From Gammaproteobacteria bacterium (GTDB lineage Bacteria; Pseudomonadota; Gammaproteobacteria; UBA4575), in contig CBDEUS010000001.1 in NCBI GenBank assembly GCA_965243395.1, forward strand, positions 896,001-960,000: a DNA stretch of 64,000 nt, given 5' to 3'. Below are positions 52,554 to 62,380 of the stretch, piece after piece. Numbering within the stretch: position 1 is the first letter of the stretch; the number at the start of each line of letters is the position of its first letter. The notes under the pieces are model-generated. The model searched no databases, was not told the DNA's origin, and saw only the letters and a list, made by a program, of their open reading frames with translations. The position numbers were made by a program, and so were the translations under genes.

Positions 52554-53360
52554 TTGGGGAGAGGTTGGGTGTATCCGCTAAACGTATTTGTATTAATAAT
52601 TGGGGTATTTCTGTGTGCTGTTGGGGCTATTTTAATAGTTTTTGCATACAAGAAACGGATTTCTATAATCAGAGCAGCAAGAATAGATGCAGATACCATA
52701 TTTAACCAAAATAGGAAAAAAGCAAACAAACTAATTGTCTTGGCTTTAAAAAAGCAACAAGAGATCGTCAATGATGCCGAGCAATTAGCTATCCCGATAC
52801 GAGAAGAAATACATAGTTTAAAGACAGCAGATAAAGAGCTCACAATGCGCTTGGAGCAATCTAAAAAAATCATTGAAAATATCATTGATAAAAGTTACGC
52901 ATATGCTGCTTGCACAGAGCTTATATCTGAAGAAGATCTGGTTTCAAACCACGTCTATAAAGAAGATCGCAAAATCATTAAGGCAAAGTTAAAGAAACTT
53001 GCAGTTAACTCTATCGATGGTGTTAAAAGCTTTAATTCAGAAAAAAATATAGCTAATTTTGTATCCATTTCTGCAAAAGCGAATATGGCTGGGGCTTTAT
53101 TACTCACAACAGTAGAGATGTTAAGCGCGAAAGTAACTGCGTATAACGGTCATAGAGCTTTAGAAAAATTATCGGAATCTATTATTGCTACAGAAACACT
53201 TATTAAATGCATAGATAGTCGAGCTGAAATCTATGAAGAATTTAAAAATCTATTAATTAAAAGATTAGAAATCGAAATACATTTCAAAAGAGCAAAGCAA
53301 TTTGCCAGAGAGAAACAAAGAGAACTTAGTGAGCTAGAGAGAGAAGATAGATATATTTAG
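52554..53360 (+). CDS. TM/coiled-coil protein resembling the N-terminal part of DUF4041 proteins; possibly truncated
   Basis: TM segment, coiled coil, AKVTAYN...EFKNLLIKRLEIE...REKQRELSELERE, then an abrupt stop. Confidence 0.55.
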   Translation: MGRGWVYPLNVFVLIIGVFLCAVGAILIVFAYKKRISIIRAARIDADTIFNQNRKKANKLIVLALKKQQEIVNDAEQLAIPIREEIHSLKTADKELTMRLEQSKKIIENIIDKSYAYAACTELISEEDLVSNHVYKEDRKIIKAKLKKLAVNSIDGVKSFNSEKNIANFVSISAKANMAGALLLTTVEMLSAKVTAYNGHRALEKLSESIIATETLIKCIDSRAEIYEEFKNLLIKRLEIEIHFKRAKQFAREKQRELSELEREDRYI

Positions 53361-53581
53361 ACTTATATCAGTTAATATTTTTTAGCAGCACACTTAGATC
53401 TATAACCATCTCTTCATTACCGCAAATTCAGAGTTAATCATCAGTTCTTCTATGAACCCAAGATTTCAGAAGGTTGGAATAAATAAAAACTGAATAAAAT
53501 CAATATCTGATTTTTGGGGTATAAATTTACTGATATACGGTTATTTTTTGCAATTTGTCAGTAAAAACATACCTCCCACAA

Positions 53582-53597
53582 TGTGATCCAGGCCACA
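53582..53597. promoter_or_regulatory. CRP/Vfr-like site
   Basis: TGTGA-tccagg-CCACA (one mismatch to TGTGA-N6-TCACA), ~100 bp before the chemosensory operon. Confidence 0.5.
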
Positions 53598-53695
53598 AAA
53601 ATAATAATGAGAATAAAGTCACAGATTAGCTGACAGCAATCTTCTGTAGGCACATACAAAAAATTACTAATTATTCACTCGGTAAGGAAACTAGT

Positions 53696-54568
53696 GTGAA
53701 TGAAATGACTCGAGAATTCTGCATAGAATTGCGCGGGATTGAACTAAAAGACCGCAATGTTCTAAAGCGTATACTAGCGATTACAGAAGGTCGTACGCGC
53801 ACCTATAGACTAGTTGATTCTACCGAATCCGACCACGCCGATATACTTATTGTTAATGCAGATGACAACAATATAAAAGAGGAGTGGGCACAGGAATTTA
53901 TTGGCACGAATGGAATTTGTATGATTCCAACTATCCTGGCTAGCAGATCCAGACTCGAAGATACTCAATACAACAGCACAAGTTTACCTTTCTTTCCAAC
54001 ACGGATTTTAAAATTACTCGATGAGGTTACCGTAAAAGAGTTTAGATTCACTCCTGAACTCCGTATTGAAGAACCGAAAAATATAGAGATAGAAACCGAA
54101 AAAGAATATAACTCTTTTAACCAACGTAACTATAAAGCTGAATTAAGTAACAAAGAACTAGAAACATTTATTGGCCAAGCTGATATCGGTGTCGATCAGA
54201 ATAGAAAACGTAATGTTTTAGTTGTTGACGATAGTCTGCCGATTCGAAAAGCATTAGATATGAAGCTTCGTTTGATGGACTATGATGTTCATCATGCATC
54301 TAGTGGCCGTCAGGCTTTATATTCCATTCAAAAAACCCGATTTGATTTTATATTTCTTGATGTTGTCATGCCTGGTATCGATGGATATGAGGTTTGTAAA
54401 CTTATAAAACGAAACAAATCAACTAAAAACATACCTGTAGTGATGCTTACAAGTCGATCATCACCATTCGACAAAGTAAAAGGAAGATTAGCAGGTTGTG
54501 ATTCATATCTAACCAAACCGGTTGAACATGAAAAGTTCGAGAAAGTTGTTGCTAGTCTGGTTGCTTAA
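53696..54568 (+). CDS. PilG-like response regulator with a long N-terminal extension
   Basis: C-terminal receiver VVDDS, FLDVVMPGIDGY, SSPFDKVKGRLAGCDSYLTKP. Confidence 0.88.
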   Translation: MNEMTREFCIELRGIELKDRNVLKRILAITEGRTRTYRLVDSTESDHADILIVNADDNNIKEEWAQEFIGTNGICMIPTILASRSRLEDTQYNSTSLPFFPTRILKLLDEVTVKEFRFTPELRIEEPKNIEIETEKEYNSFNQRNYKAELSNKELETFIGQADIGVDQNRKRNVLVVDDSLPIRKALDMKLRLMDYDVHHASSGRQALYSIQKTRFDFIFLDVVMPGIDGYEVCKLIKRNKSTKNIPVVMLTSRSSPFDKVKGRLAGCDSYLTKPVEHEKFEKVVASLVA

Positions 54569-54579
54569 AAGGATTTGTT

Positions 54580-54942
54580 ATGAGTAGCAAAGTACTAATT
54601 GTTGATGATTCTAAATTCGATCTAGAGTTATTAAAGACAATTGTTAGCAAAGAAGGCTACGAAGTTATAACTGCAATATCTGGCCAAGAAGCTGTTGACA
54701 AAGCAACTAGCGTACATCCGGACTTAATCTTTATGGATGTCATTATGGAAAACAAAGACGGTTTCGAAGCTTGTCGAGAGATCATTTCCAATACAGAAAC
54801 AAAACACATACCCATCATTTTTGTTACAGGTAAATGTCAAAAAGCCGATCGAATTTGGGCTGAATTACAAGGTGGTAAAGCTCTAGTTGGAAAACCCTTT
54901 ACACCTGACCAAATAGTTAACGAGATTCATAAGCATATTTAG
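54580..54942 (+). CDS. pilH: PilH-like single-domain response regulator
   Basis: IVDDS, FMDVIM...GFEACR, QKADRIWA..QG. Confidence 0.85.
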   Translation: MSSKVLIVDDSKFDLELLKTIVSKEGYEVITAISGQEAVDKATSVHPDLIFMDVIMENKDGFEACREIISNTETKHIPIIFVTGKCQKADRIWAELQGGKALVGKPFTPDQIVNEIHKHI

Positions 54943-54952
54943 ATAAAACGAT

Positions 54953-55498
54953 ATGGATACCACAAACCCTCAACATAACGAAACCTCATGGCTTTTAGAT
55001 AATGAAAAGCTGATTGAAAAACTTGAATCTGCCTATCAAGGAAAGTCGAATGAAAAGGAAAGTAGCACTGTGCTGCGGTGTTATGGATTCAAGGCAGGGA
55101 ACATGAATTTTATTATAGATGAAGCTATAGCTTGTGAAATATTAGATGAAAGTAACATTCATTTTGTTCCAATGAGTGCCAGTTGGTTAATAGGCGTTTC
55201 AAATATAAGAGGCGATGTAGTACCTATTATTGATTTAGAAAAGTTAATTAACGGAGATGATTCAAATGCCGAGTATAAAAATAGAAAGCTAGCAATCATT
55301 GGGAAAGGTGAAAATACCATTGGAATTGAATTAGATGAATTACCAGTTTTATTGGAATTTGATAAAAGAAAAAAAATAAATGATTTTTCTAATCAAGCTG
55401 ATCGTATACAACCGTTTATTCAATATGCATACGAGAAAGATGATGATATTTGGTTCTGTATTAATTTTCCTCCGTTTATTGAATCTATCTCTTTTTAA
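54953..55498 (+). CDS. CheW/PilI-like coupling protein
   Basis: VP...SWLIGVSNIRGDVVPIIDL. Confidence 0.9.
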   Translation: MDTTNPQHNETSWLLDNEKLIEKLESAYQGKSNEKESSTVLRCYGFKAGNMNFIIDEAIACEILDESNIHFVPMSASWLIGVSNIRGDVVPIIDLEKLINGDDSNAEYKNRKLAIIGKGENTIGIELDELPVLLEFDKRKKINDFSNQADRIQPFIQYAYEKDDDIWFCINFPPFIESISF

Positions 55499-55531
55499 AT
55501 TTAACTATATACATGCTATTAGGACAAAGTC

Positions 55532-57808
55532 ATGATTAATTCAAGCATACTCTCAAACATATCGATTAACAAAAAGCTCACAATATTATTCATATCTGTA
55601 GCAGTCGGTTTTGCGATTACCACTGCCGCATATTGGTTTAAAGTTATGAACGAACGTGAGTCAATAGAACGTACAAATTTATTTATTGAATATAGTAATC
55701 TCATTAGCGAGGCACAAAAGAACTATTTTAAAGTAAGGAGATTTGAAAAAGACTTTTTACTAAGTATCTCAGCTTCTACGGGTCAAACATACAACAATAC
55801 ACCATTAGATGAACACGCAAAGCATGTATCTTTGCTAGAAGATAACATGGTCGAATTGCGAAACTTAGGCGATAAAATTAATGCATCAAGGTCTGAAGAA
55901 GTAGTTATCAACGAGATAGAGATGCCTGTCGAGTATATTCCCGAACTCGTTACACAAGCATCAACTGTTGTAGATAATTATAAAACATCATTTTCAGACA
56001 TCGTAAAGTTCAATCAATTTGTAGGTTTTACTGACAATGATGGTTTAAGGCTGAAAGCAAGACAACTTCTAAATTCAATCGAAAGTAATTTAGTAAAAAC
56101 TGAAAATCCGAAATTACTCGTTTCTATAGCTAATCTTCGATTTAACGAAAAACATATTCTACAGTCAATTGACTTAACCGAGTCGTATGAGAATCTTAAA
56201 ATTGAAGCACAAGAATTTAAAAAAATATTGAAACGTACCCCTCTAAATCTACAAAATAAAAATCTTTTAGTTAACTATATGGATGACTATTTGAATATTG
56301 TAGAAGAAATAGTCACAAATAAACGAAATGCAAACGAATATACAGAGCTTTATGATTTTATGTTAGGCCCAATGTTCGACGAGATGGGTAGATCCTCACA
56401 ATTAAGTATCATTCAAAACCAGGCTGCATTAGAAAAAGACACCATAATTGCAACGCTAGTTGTGACAATTTTATTGATTGCAATAGCAATTTTAATTACT
56501 TCTTTGCTTTATTATTTTGGTGATTCAATTCGAAAGCCTATTAATAAGCTTTTAAACACAATACATGATGTCAATAAAGGTAACCTAAATGCAAGAGTAA
56601 AATCTGATCAAAAAGATGAGTTTGGTGAACTTGCCGATTCCTTTGATCAGCTTCTTGATGAAAAAGTCGCACAGCTCTCAAATTCGGAAAAAGAAAACGA
56701 AGATCTCAATGAGTCAGTGATAGAACTAATAAAAGCTGTAGCACAGCTCAGTAAAAAAGACTTTACTGTAAAAGTGCCAGTTTCTGAAGATATCACTGGA
56801 GCAATTGGTGATTCGCTTAATTTATTGACACATCAAACTGCAGACGCACTCATTAATGTGAGAACAATTTCTTCTCAAGTAGCTGGTGTCTCTAATATCG
56901 TGCATAAACAATCTAGACTCGTAATGGCTGTTGCTGAACAAGAACGCAAGCAAGTTGAACATACTGTGGTAGAGCTTAATAAATCCTCCGATGCGATGAA
57001 TAAAATTTCTACCGACGCTGAGGATGCAAACAAAAGAGCTGATAATGCAATTAAAAATACACAATCTGCATTGACTGCTGTAAATCGCTCCGTTGAGGGT
57101 ATTAATAGTATTCGAGATACGATTCGTGAAACAGAAAAAAGAATTAAACGTCTAGGTGAACGATCACAAGAAATTACCGGAATTGTTAATTTAATTAACT
57201 CTATTGCTGAGCGTACCCACATTCTTGCACTCAATGCGAGTATGCATGCCTCGGCTGCTGGTGAAGCTGGTCGCGGGTTTGCTGTGGTTGCAGAAGAGGT
57301 GCAGCGTCTTGCGGAAAGTGCGCGTGAAGCAACAACTGAAATAGATACGCTTGTAAATAATATTCGTATTGAAACAAAAGATACTGTTACCGCAATGAAC
57401 AAAGCAATAAGTCAGGTTGCTGATGGGACCAAACTTGCTGAACAAGCTGGTGAAGCTATGCAACATACCGAAAAATCGACTGAAGATTTGGTTAAGGCCG
57501 TAGAAAAAATTACTGTTAGCTCAAAAGATCAGGCTAATGTAAGCCAAGAAATTGTAGAAAAGTCAAAAGAAATTGTACTAAATACACGTAAAACTGATAA
57601 ATACCTTCAAAAGCAAACAGTCAACACCAATAATCTTGTTAAGTTTTCCAAGAAACTACTCTCTACAATTCGTACATTCAATCTTCCTGAAAAAGAATCT
57701 GATCCATATAACATTAATGTACAAACCATTGATGTTCCCGAAATTTCAGATGCAATTAAAAAGCAAGATGCAAATGAAGCAGGTAATGACAAAGTCGTAA
57801 ACGCTTAA
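55532..57808 (+). CDS. Methyl-accepting chemotaxis protein (PilJ-like)
   Basis: Two TM segments, HAMP, hairpin tip IAERTHILALNASMHASAAGEAGRGFAVVAEEV. Confidence 0.95.
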   Translation: MINSSILSNISINKKLTILFISVAVGFAITTAAYWFKVMNERESIERTNLFIEYSNLISEAQKNYFKVRRFEKDFLLSISASTGQTYNNTPLDEHAKHVSLLEDNMVELRNLGDKINASRSEEVVINEIEMPVEYIPELVTQASTVVDNYKTSFSDIVKFNQFVGFTDNDGLRLKARQLLNSIESNLVKTENPKLLVSIANLRFNEKHILQSIDLTESYENLKIEAQEFKKILKRTPLNLQNKNLLVNYMDDYLNIVEEIVTNKRNANEYTELYDFMLGPMFDEMGRSSQLSIIQNQAALEKDTIIATLVVTILLIAIAILITSLLYYFGDSIRKPINKLLNTIHDVNKGNLNARVKSDQKDEFGELADSFDQLLDEKVAQLSNSEKENEDLNESVIELIKAVAQLSKKDFTVKVPVSEDITGAIGDSLNLLTHQTADALINVRTISSQVAGVSNIVHKQSRLVMAVAEQERKQVEHTVVELNKSSDAMNKISTDAEDANKRADNAIKNTQSALTAVNRSVEGINSIRDTIRETEKRIKRLGERSQEITGIVNLINSIAERTHILALNASMHASAAGEAGRGFAVVAEEVQRLAESAREATTEIDTLVNNIRIETKDTVTAMNKAISQVADGTKLAEQAGEAMQHTEKSTEDLVKAVEKITVSSKDQANVSQEIVEKSKEIVLNTRKTDKYLQKQTVNTNNLVKFSKKLLSTIRTFNLPEKESDPYNINVQTIDVPEISDAIKKQDANEAGNDKVVNA

Positions 57809-57843
57809 ACATAGAAAAAATATATATAAAAGATTTTAACAAA

Positions 57844-60800
57844 ATGTCAGACGCCAACCACATAGTCAAACAAATAGAGGTCATTAATGATCTGATTCAA
57901 AATTGGATTGATTTGCCAGATAAAAATGATGAAGCACTTAATGACTTGTTAATTGAATTAGATTTAGTGATCAATTCGCTAAAAATTCAAACAGAAGAAA
58001 ATGAAGGCCGAGAAATCACCAATATTTTCACACATTTTCAAGACAACTTATTAGCGTTCAGCGAATCTTCCGTTTCAGAAAAACATATTGAACTAATATC
58101 AGCCTGGCCAATATATTTGACTGAGTATATTTCAAACCGCAGTGATGAAGAAGTTCAATATAATCTTCGAGAATTCCTAAATAATGATGGTTGGTCAGTA
58201 CGCTATATTGCCTCAGACAGTAGTGAATTCGACTCTCCATTTGAAACGGCCAATACGATAGAGATTAATAATGAAGAAATAGAAGAATCACCCACTCAAA
58301 TTGATAGTCAGATCTTTGGAAATACTACTTTAACAGCTGAACAAAAAGAGTTTTTAGAACTTATTATTGCTGAGATCGTGGATATTCAGGAAACACATTC
58401 GAGCCGCATCACTGCTCTTATATCTGATTCACCAAGCAGTGATTCCAAATATGAAAATGAAATCGAAACCCAAGTTGAACAGCTCGAACGAATTGGGTCG
58501 GCAACCTATATGATTGGATTAAAAGGGGCGAGTAAATTTTGTCAGCAATTATCCACAGCCCTCAAACATGTTCTTGAAACTAAACCAAGTCAGCTATGTG
58601 AACTACAAGAAGAAATTATAATTTGGCCGGACATGCTACAAGCGTATTTTTATGCGCCCAATGATAAAGAATACATCCAGGTTTTATTAGACTATCTAAA
58701 TTTAGACTGCTGGCCAATTAAAATTACACAAGATGAATTAAAAATAATTGAACAAGCATTTGTATTTTCAAGAATAGAGGTTGAAGATCATAATAGTGAG
58801 GAGCGAATACGTGAGGCTATACCTGAAGCAGTTAGTCTTGATAAACCAGAGGATGTTAATGAAGAATTGTTTGATAGTTTATTGCAAGACTTACCTGATC
58901 AAACTCAAGAATTTACATTGGCGGTTCAGCAACTAAGAACATCTGAATTTATTGAACAATTGGAAATTTCAAAACGTTTGGCGCACACTTTAAAAGGTGC
59001 GGGAAACACCGTTGGCATCATGGGGCTTGCTAACATGACGCATCACCTGGAAGATATTTTAGAGGCTTTACTCAAAGCAAAGACCATACCTTCTTCTTCA
59101 CTTCATAATACGATTGAAAAAGCGGCAGATTGTCTTGAAGAAATGTCTGAATTTCTTCATGGAATGGGAGACACACCAACCGATGCATTATCTATTTTTC
59201 AAGAAGTATTGAATTGGGCCAATTATATTGATGAACACGGTGTGCCGAATGACGATAATACGCTGGATGATATTGTTGCTCCTGGCGATGTTAATTTAAA
59301 TGTTGTACATAATGACCAGGTAACTTCTGAACGATCAGGGGGAGTTGAAAGTAGTAATAAACAACAAAGCGAGCAGTCTTTACGCATTTCTACCAGTTTG
59401 ATTGATGAACTCTTGAAATATGCAGGTGAAAATATTATTTCAAACGCGCAGATTCAAGAATTTATTGATCGTTCGAAATCCTTCTCAAAACAACTGCGAT
59501 CTAATAATAGTAAAATTAAAACGATTGTTAGCGAGTTAGAGCATTTAATTCATGTGCGAGGATTTTCTTCACGTTTCCAAGAACAAAACAAATTAAGTAA
59601 TTTTGATCCTCTCGAGATGGACCAATACAACGAACTTAATACCTACGCAAATCTGCTAATAGAGCTAACAGCAGATTCAAGTGAATTTTTGGAGAATTTG
59701 GATGAATCTCTTCTAAAACTTGATAACTTATCTGCCAATCAAAACCATGTCATGGTAGAAAATCAGGATGCCGTATTACGCACTAAAATGGTCCCTGTAC
59801 GCTCAATTGTCCAAAGGCTAAAACGCAGTGTTAAACAGGCAAATAAACTTTCTGATAAAACATCACAGCTCATCGTCACAGGTGAAGAGATATTAATTGA
59901 CAGCGAAATTTTAAATCAATTAATTGATCCGCTCATGCATATTCTTCGAAATGCTATTGATCACGGGATTGAATCTCCAGAATTTCGCGAGAAGCAAGGT
60001 AAAGACAAAATGGGTCTGGTCGAATTAAATTTCAAAAAAGAAGGAAAGTTGATTCATATTAGCTGTCATGATGATGGTCGCGGGCTTGATATTGAGAGAA
60101 TTAAAGAAAAAGCATTTGAAAAAAATCTTATTCAAAAAAATAAACCATTCAGCAAAAAAGATGCGATGAAAATAATATTGCATCATGGATTTTCGACAAA
60201 AGAAAATGTTTCACAACTCTCGGGAAGAGGGGTTGGGCTCGATGTCGTATTTGAACAAGTAAGAGATTTAAAGGGTTCATTAACAATGGAGTCTAAGTAC
60301 GGCAATGGATTGCAGATCGAACTTGTAATTCCTACCTCATTCCATTCTACACAAGCTTTCTTGGTTTCATGTGCAAATAATAGGCTTGCGCTTTCTGATC
60401 GTGGAGTAGAAGAAATCTTGCATCCTGGCGCCGGGAAAATTATCGAACAAGATGGACAACAAATTTTCGCTTACAAACAAAAACGTTACCCAATTTTTGA
60501 TTTACAGAAGTTATTATACGGTGATCAAGTAACTGAACGAACAGAAGCAAGTCAAGTAGTGTTTATTGTTGAAGACGAGTTTCAAAAACATCATGCTATT
60601 TTAATCGATAAAATTATTGATTCACGTGAAATAGTGATCAAACCCTTTAGTAAATTTATTCCAAAAATGTCTGGTTTACTAGGTACGACTATTTTAGGCG
60701 ATGGTAGTGTCACGTCAGTACTAGATCTTTTAGACATTGTGAATACACAGCATTCAGATAGCCCTCATGTAAAGAAATTACGAAGGGTACAAGCATCTGA

Positions 60801-61176
60801 AGAAATCTTTCAGAACGCTCTTATCGTCGAAGATGCAATCAGTACTCGAAAGTCATTGGCACAATTTATGAGTGATCTGGGATTCAACGTTGAAGTAGCT
60901 ATTGATGGTGTTGATGCAATGGATAAAATCCAAAAACAAACCCCATCCATTATCCTCACAGACTTAGAGATGCCACGCATGAACGGTTTAGAATTAACCG
61001 ACCATGTGCGTTCAAATGAAAGTACTCAAGATATACCGATCATTATGATTACATCACGTGCGACAGACAAGCATAAACAAGAAGCCAAGCGAATTGGTGT
61101 GAACGAATATATGACGAAACCTTATGATGAAGATAAATTATTGATGATGGTCAATTCGCTTAGTAATACAGTATAA
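57844..61176 (+). CDS. ChpA/CheA-like hybrid histidine kinase (Hpt-HATPase-CheW-REC)
   Basis: AHTLKGAG, FDPLEMDQY, HILRNAIDHGIE, SGRGVGLD, C-terminal receiver TDLEMP. Confidence 0.95.
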   Translation: MSDANHIVKQIEVINDLIQNWIDLPDKNDEALNDLLIELDLVINSLKIQTEENEGREITNIFTHFQDNLLAFSESSVSEKHIELISAWPIYLTEYISNRSDEEVQYNLREFLNNDGWSVRYIASDSSEFDSPFETANTIEINNEEIEESPTQIDSQIFGNTTLTAEQKEFLELIIAEIVDIQETHSSRITALISDSPSSDSKYENEIETQVEQLERIGSATYMIGLKGASKFCQQLSTALKHVLETKPSQLCELQEEIIIWPDMLQAYFYAPNDKEYIQVLLDYLNLDCWPIKITQDELKIIEQAFVFSRIEVEDHNSEERIREAIPEAVSLDKPEDVNEELFDSLLQDLPDQTQEFTLAVQQLRTSEFIEQLEISKRLAHTLKGAGNTVGIMGLANMTHHLEDILEALLKAKTIPSSSLHNTIEKAADCLEEMSEFLHGMGDTPTDALSIFQEVLNWANYIDEHGVPNDDNTLDDIVAPGDVNLNVVHNDQVTSERSGGVESSNKQQSEQSLRISTSLIDELLKYAGENIISNAQIQEFIDRSKSFSKQLRSNNSKIKTIVSELEHLIHVRGFSSRFQEQNKLSNFDPLEMDQYNELNTYANLLIELTADSSEFLENLDESLLKLDNLSANQNHVMVENQDAVLRTKMVPVRSIVQRLKRSVKQANKLSDKTSQLIVTGEEILIDSEILNQLIDPLMHILRNAIDHGIESPEFREKQGKDKMGLVELNFKKEGKLIHISCHDDGRGLDIERIKEKAFEKNLIQKNKPFSKKDAMKIILHHGFSTKENVSQLSGRGVGLDVVFEQVRDLKGSLTMESKYGNGLQIELVIPTSFHSTQAFLVSCANNRLALSDRGVEEILHPGAGKIIEQDGQQIFAYKQKRYPIFDLQKLLYGDQVTERTEASQVVFIVEDEFQKHHAILIDKIIDSREIVIKPFSKFIPKMSGLLGTTILGDGSVTSVLDLLDIVNTQHSDSPHVKKLRRVQASEEIFQNALIVEDAISTRKSLAQFMSDLGFNVEVAIDGVDAMDKIQKQTPSIILTDLEMPRMNGLELTDHVRSNESTQDIPIIMITSRATDKHKQEAKRIGVNEYMTKPYDEDKLLMMVNSLSNTV

Positions 61177-61214
61177 CCAGTTTCTCACCGCGATAACTTC
61201 TAATTTATTAGTCA

Positions 61215-61406
61215 TCAGCTTTCATTAGGCGAAGCTTCCAGTGATGAATAAGATAACAATGAGTCAGAAGAGAAGGGTTCTATCATTAGATAACTATCCG
61301 TTTCATTTGACTTTTCCATGACTATCGTTGGAGTAGACGCGTAAACAGCGAACGCTAGTCCAATCACTGCTAAAAGCGTATACAGTTTCAATTCAATATT
61401 TTTCAT
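61215..61406 (-). CDS. Small exported hypothetical protein
   Basis: Signal-peptide-like N-terminus (VYA/S); preceded by a sigma54-type promoter. Confidence 0.55.
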   Translation of the reverse strand: MKNIELKLYTLLAVIGLAFAVYASTPTIVMEKSNETDSYLMIEPFSSDSLLSYSSLEASPNES

Positions 61407-61444
61407 TTCTTTCTGTCTCAATAAAAGATTTGTATTCACCGAAC

Positions 61445-61460
61445 AGCAATATACATGCCA
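61445..61460 (-). promoter_or_regulatory. Sigma54 (-24/-12) promoter
   Basis: Minus strand TGGCAT-gtata-TTGCT with canonical GG-N10-GC spacing. Confidence 0.65.
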
Positions 61461-61573
61461 ATAATTACATCTTTATTATTCAGCATGTTTATTTAAAAAC
61501 TAGATATAAAATCACCCATCATGAGCCAGATTAGTGCAAAGTCGCACTAATTCTAGTCGTTCATGCTAATTAT

Positions 61574-62239
61574 TTAGGCTAGCGAATGCAGGTCAGACAG
61601 GGTTTTAATCTCGTGGTCCGCCTTAAAAGGAAGTTGCTCAGCTGTTCGGCCATAGCGATTAATCCAAACAGAATTGAAGCCGTAAGAGGCTGCACCTGCT
61701 ATATCCCACGAATTGGAAGATATAAAACAAATTTTGTTTCTTGGTAATGCAAGTTGTTCTTCTACAAATTCATACACTGCAGGGGAGGGCTTATAGCTGC
61801 GAACTTGTTCTGTTGAATACACACCGTCAAGCAAATTATCAATACCGGCATGCTTAAGAGCAGCGCTGAGGTTTTGTGGTGTTCCGTTTGACAACACCGC
61901 GGTTTGTACTTTGTTTTCTTTAAGGCGAGTAAGCACTTCTTTCACATCGGGGTAGCAAGCCAATTCAGAATGCGCTTCAAATATCTTTTTCTTAATGTCT
62001 TCATCTTCGACGCCATACACTGCGCAAGCAAAATCTAGTGCGTATTTACGAATTTTTTCGTAGCTTGTGTATTGATTCATCAAGCTTAGTTGCGAGGAAT
62101 ACTGTAAACGCTTTGAGCGCCAAAGCTTATAAACCACGAGTGCATTTTCACCCAATTCTTCTTTATATTCTTCAAAGGGTAAATACGTGTCTAATAAAGC
62201 GCCATAGGCGTTGAAAACATAAGCTTTAATTTTATTCAT
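61574..62239 (-). CDS. HAD-superfamily haloacid dehalogenase type II homolog (motif I Asp replaced by Asn)
   Basis: FNAYGALLD, WRSKRL.Y, LSNG, YKPSP, SSNSWDIAGA. Confidence 0.9.
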   Translation of the reverse strand: MNKIKAYVFNAYGALLDTYLPFEEYKEELGENALVVYKLWRSKRLQYSSQLSLMNQYTSYEKIRKYALDFACAVYGVEDEDIKKKIFEAHSELACYPDVKEVLTRLKENKVQTAVLSNGTPQNLSAALKHAGIDNLLDGVYSTEQVRSYKPSPAVYEFVEEQLALPRNKICFISSNSWDIAGAASYGFNSVWINRYGRTAEQLPFKADHEIKTLSDLHSLA

Positions 62240-62271
62240 ATCTGATATTTTAATAGTTTTGTTCGAAAAAT

Positions 62272-62310
62272 AAAAAAAGCCCCGATTAATAATTTTAAAT
62301 CGAGGCTTTT
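62272..62310 (-). terminator. Rho-independent terminator
   Basis: aaaagccccgatt...aatcgaggctttt stem with U-tracts on both strands. Confidence 0.7.
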
Positions 62311-62380
62311 AATAGGGGAGTCGTTCTACTCTAGTTCCTGAGAGTCAAAAACATCCCTTTTGCTTCCCAGCTTTTTGTTG

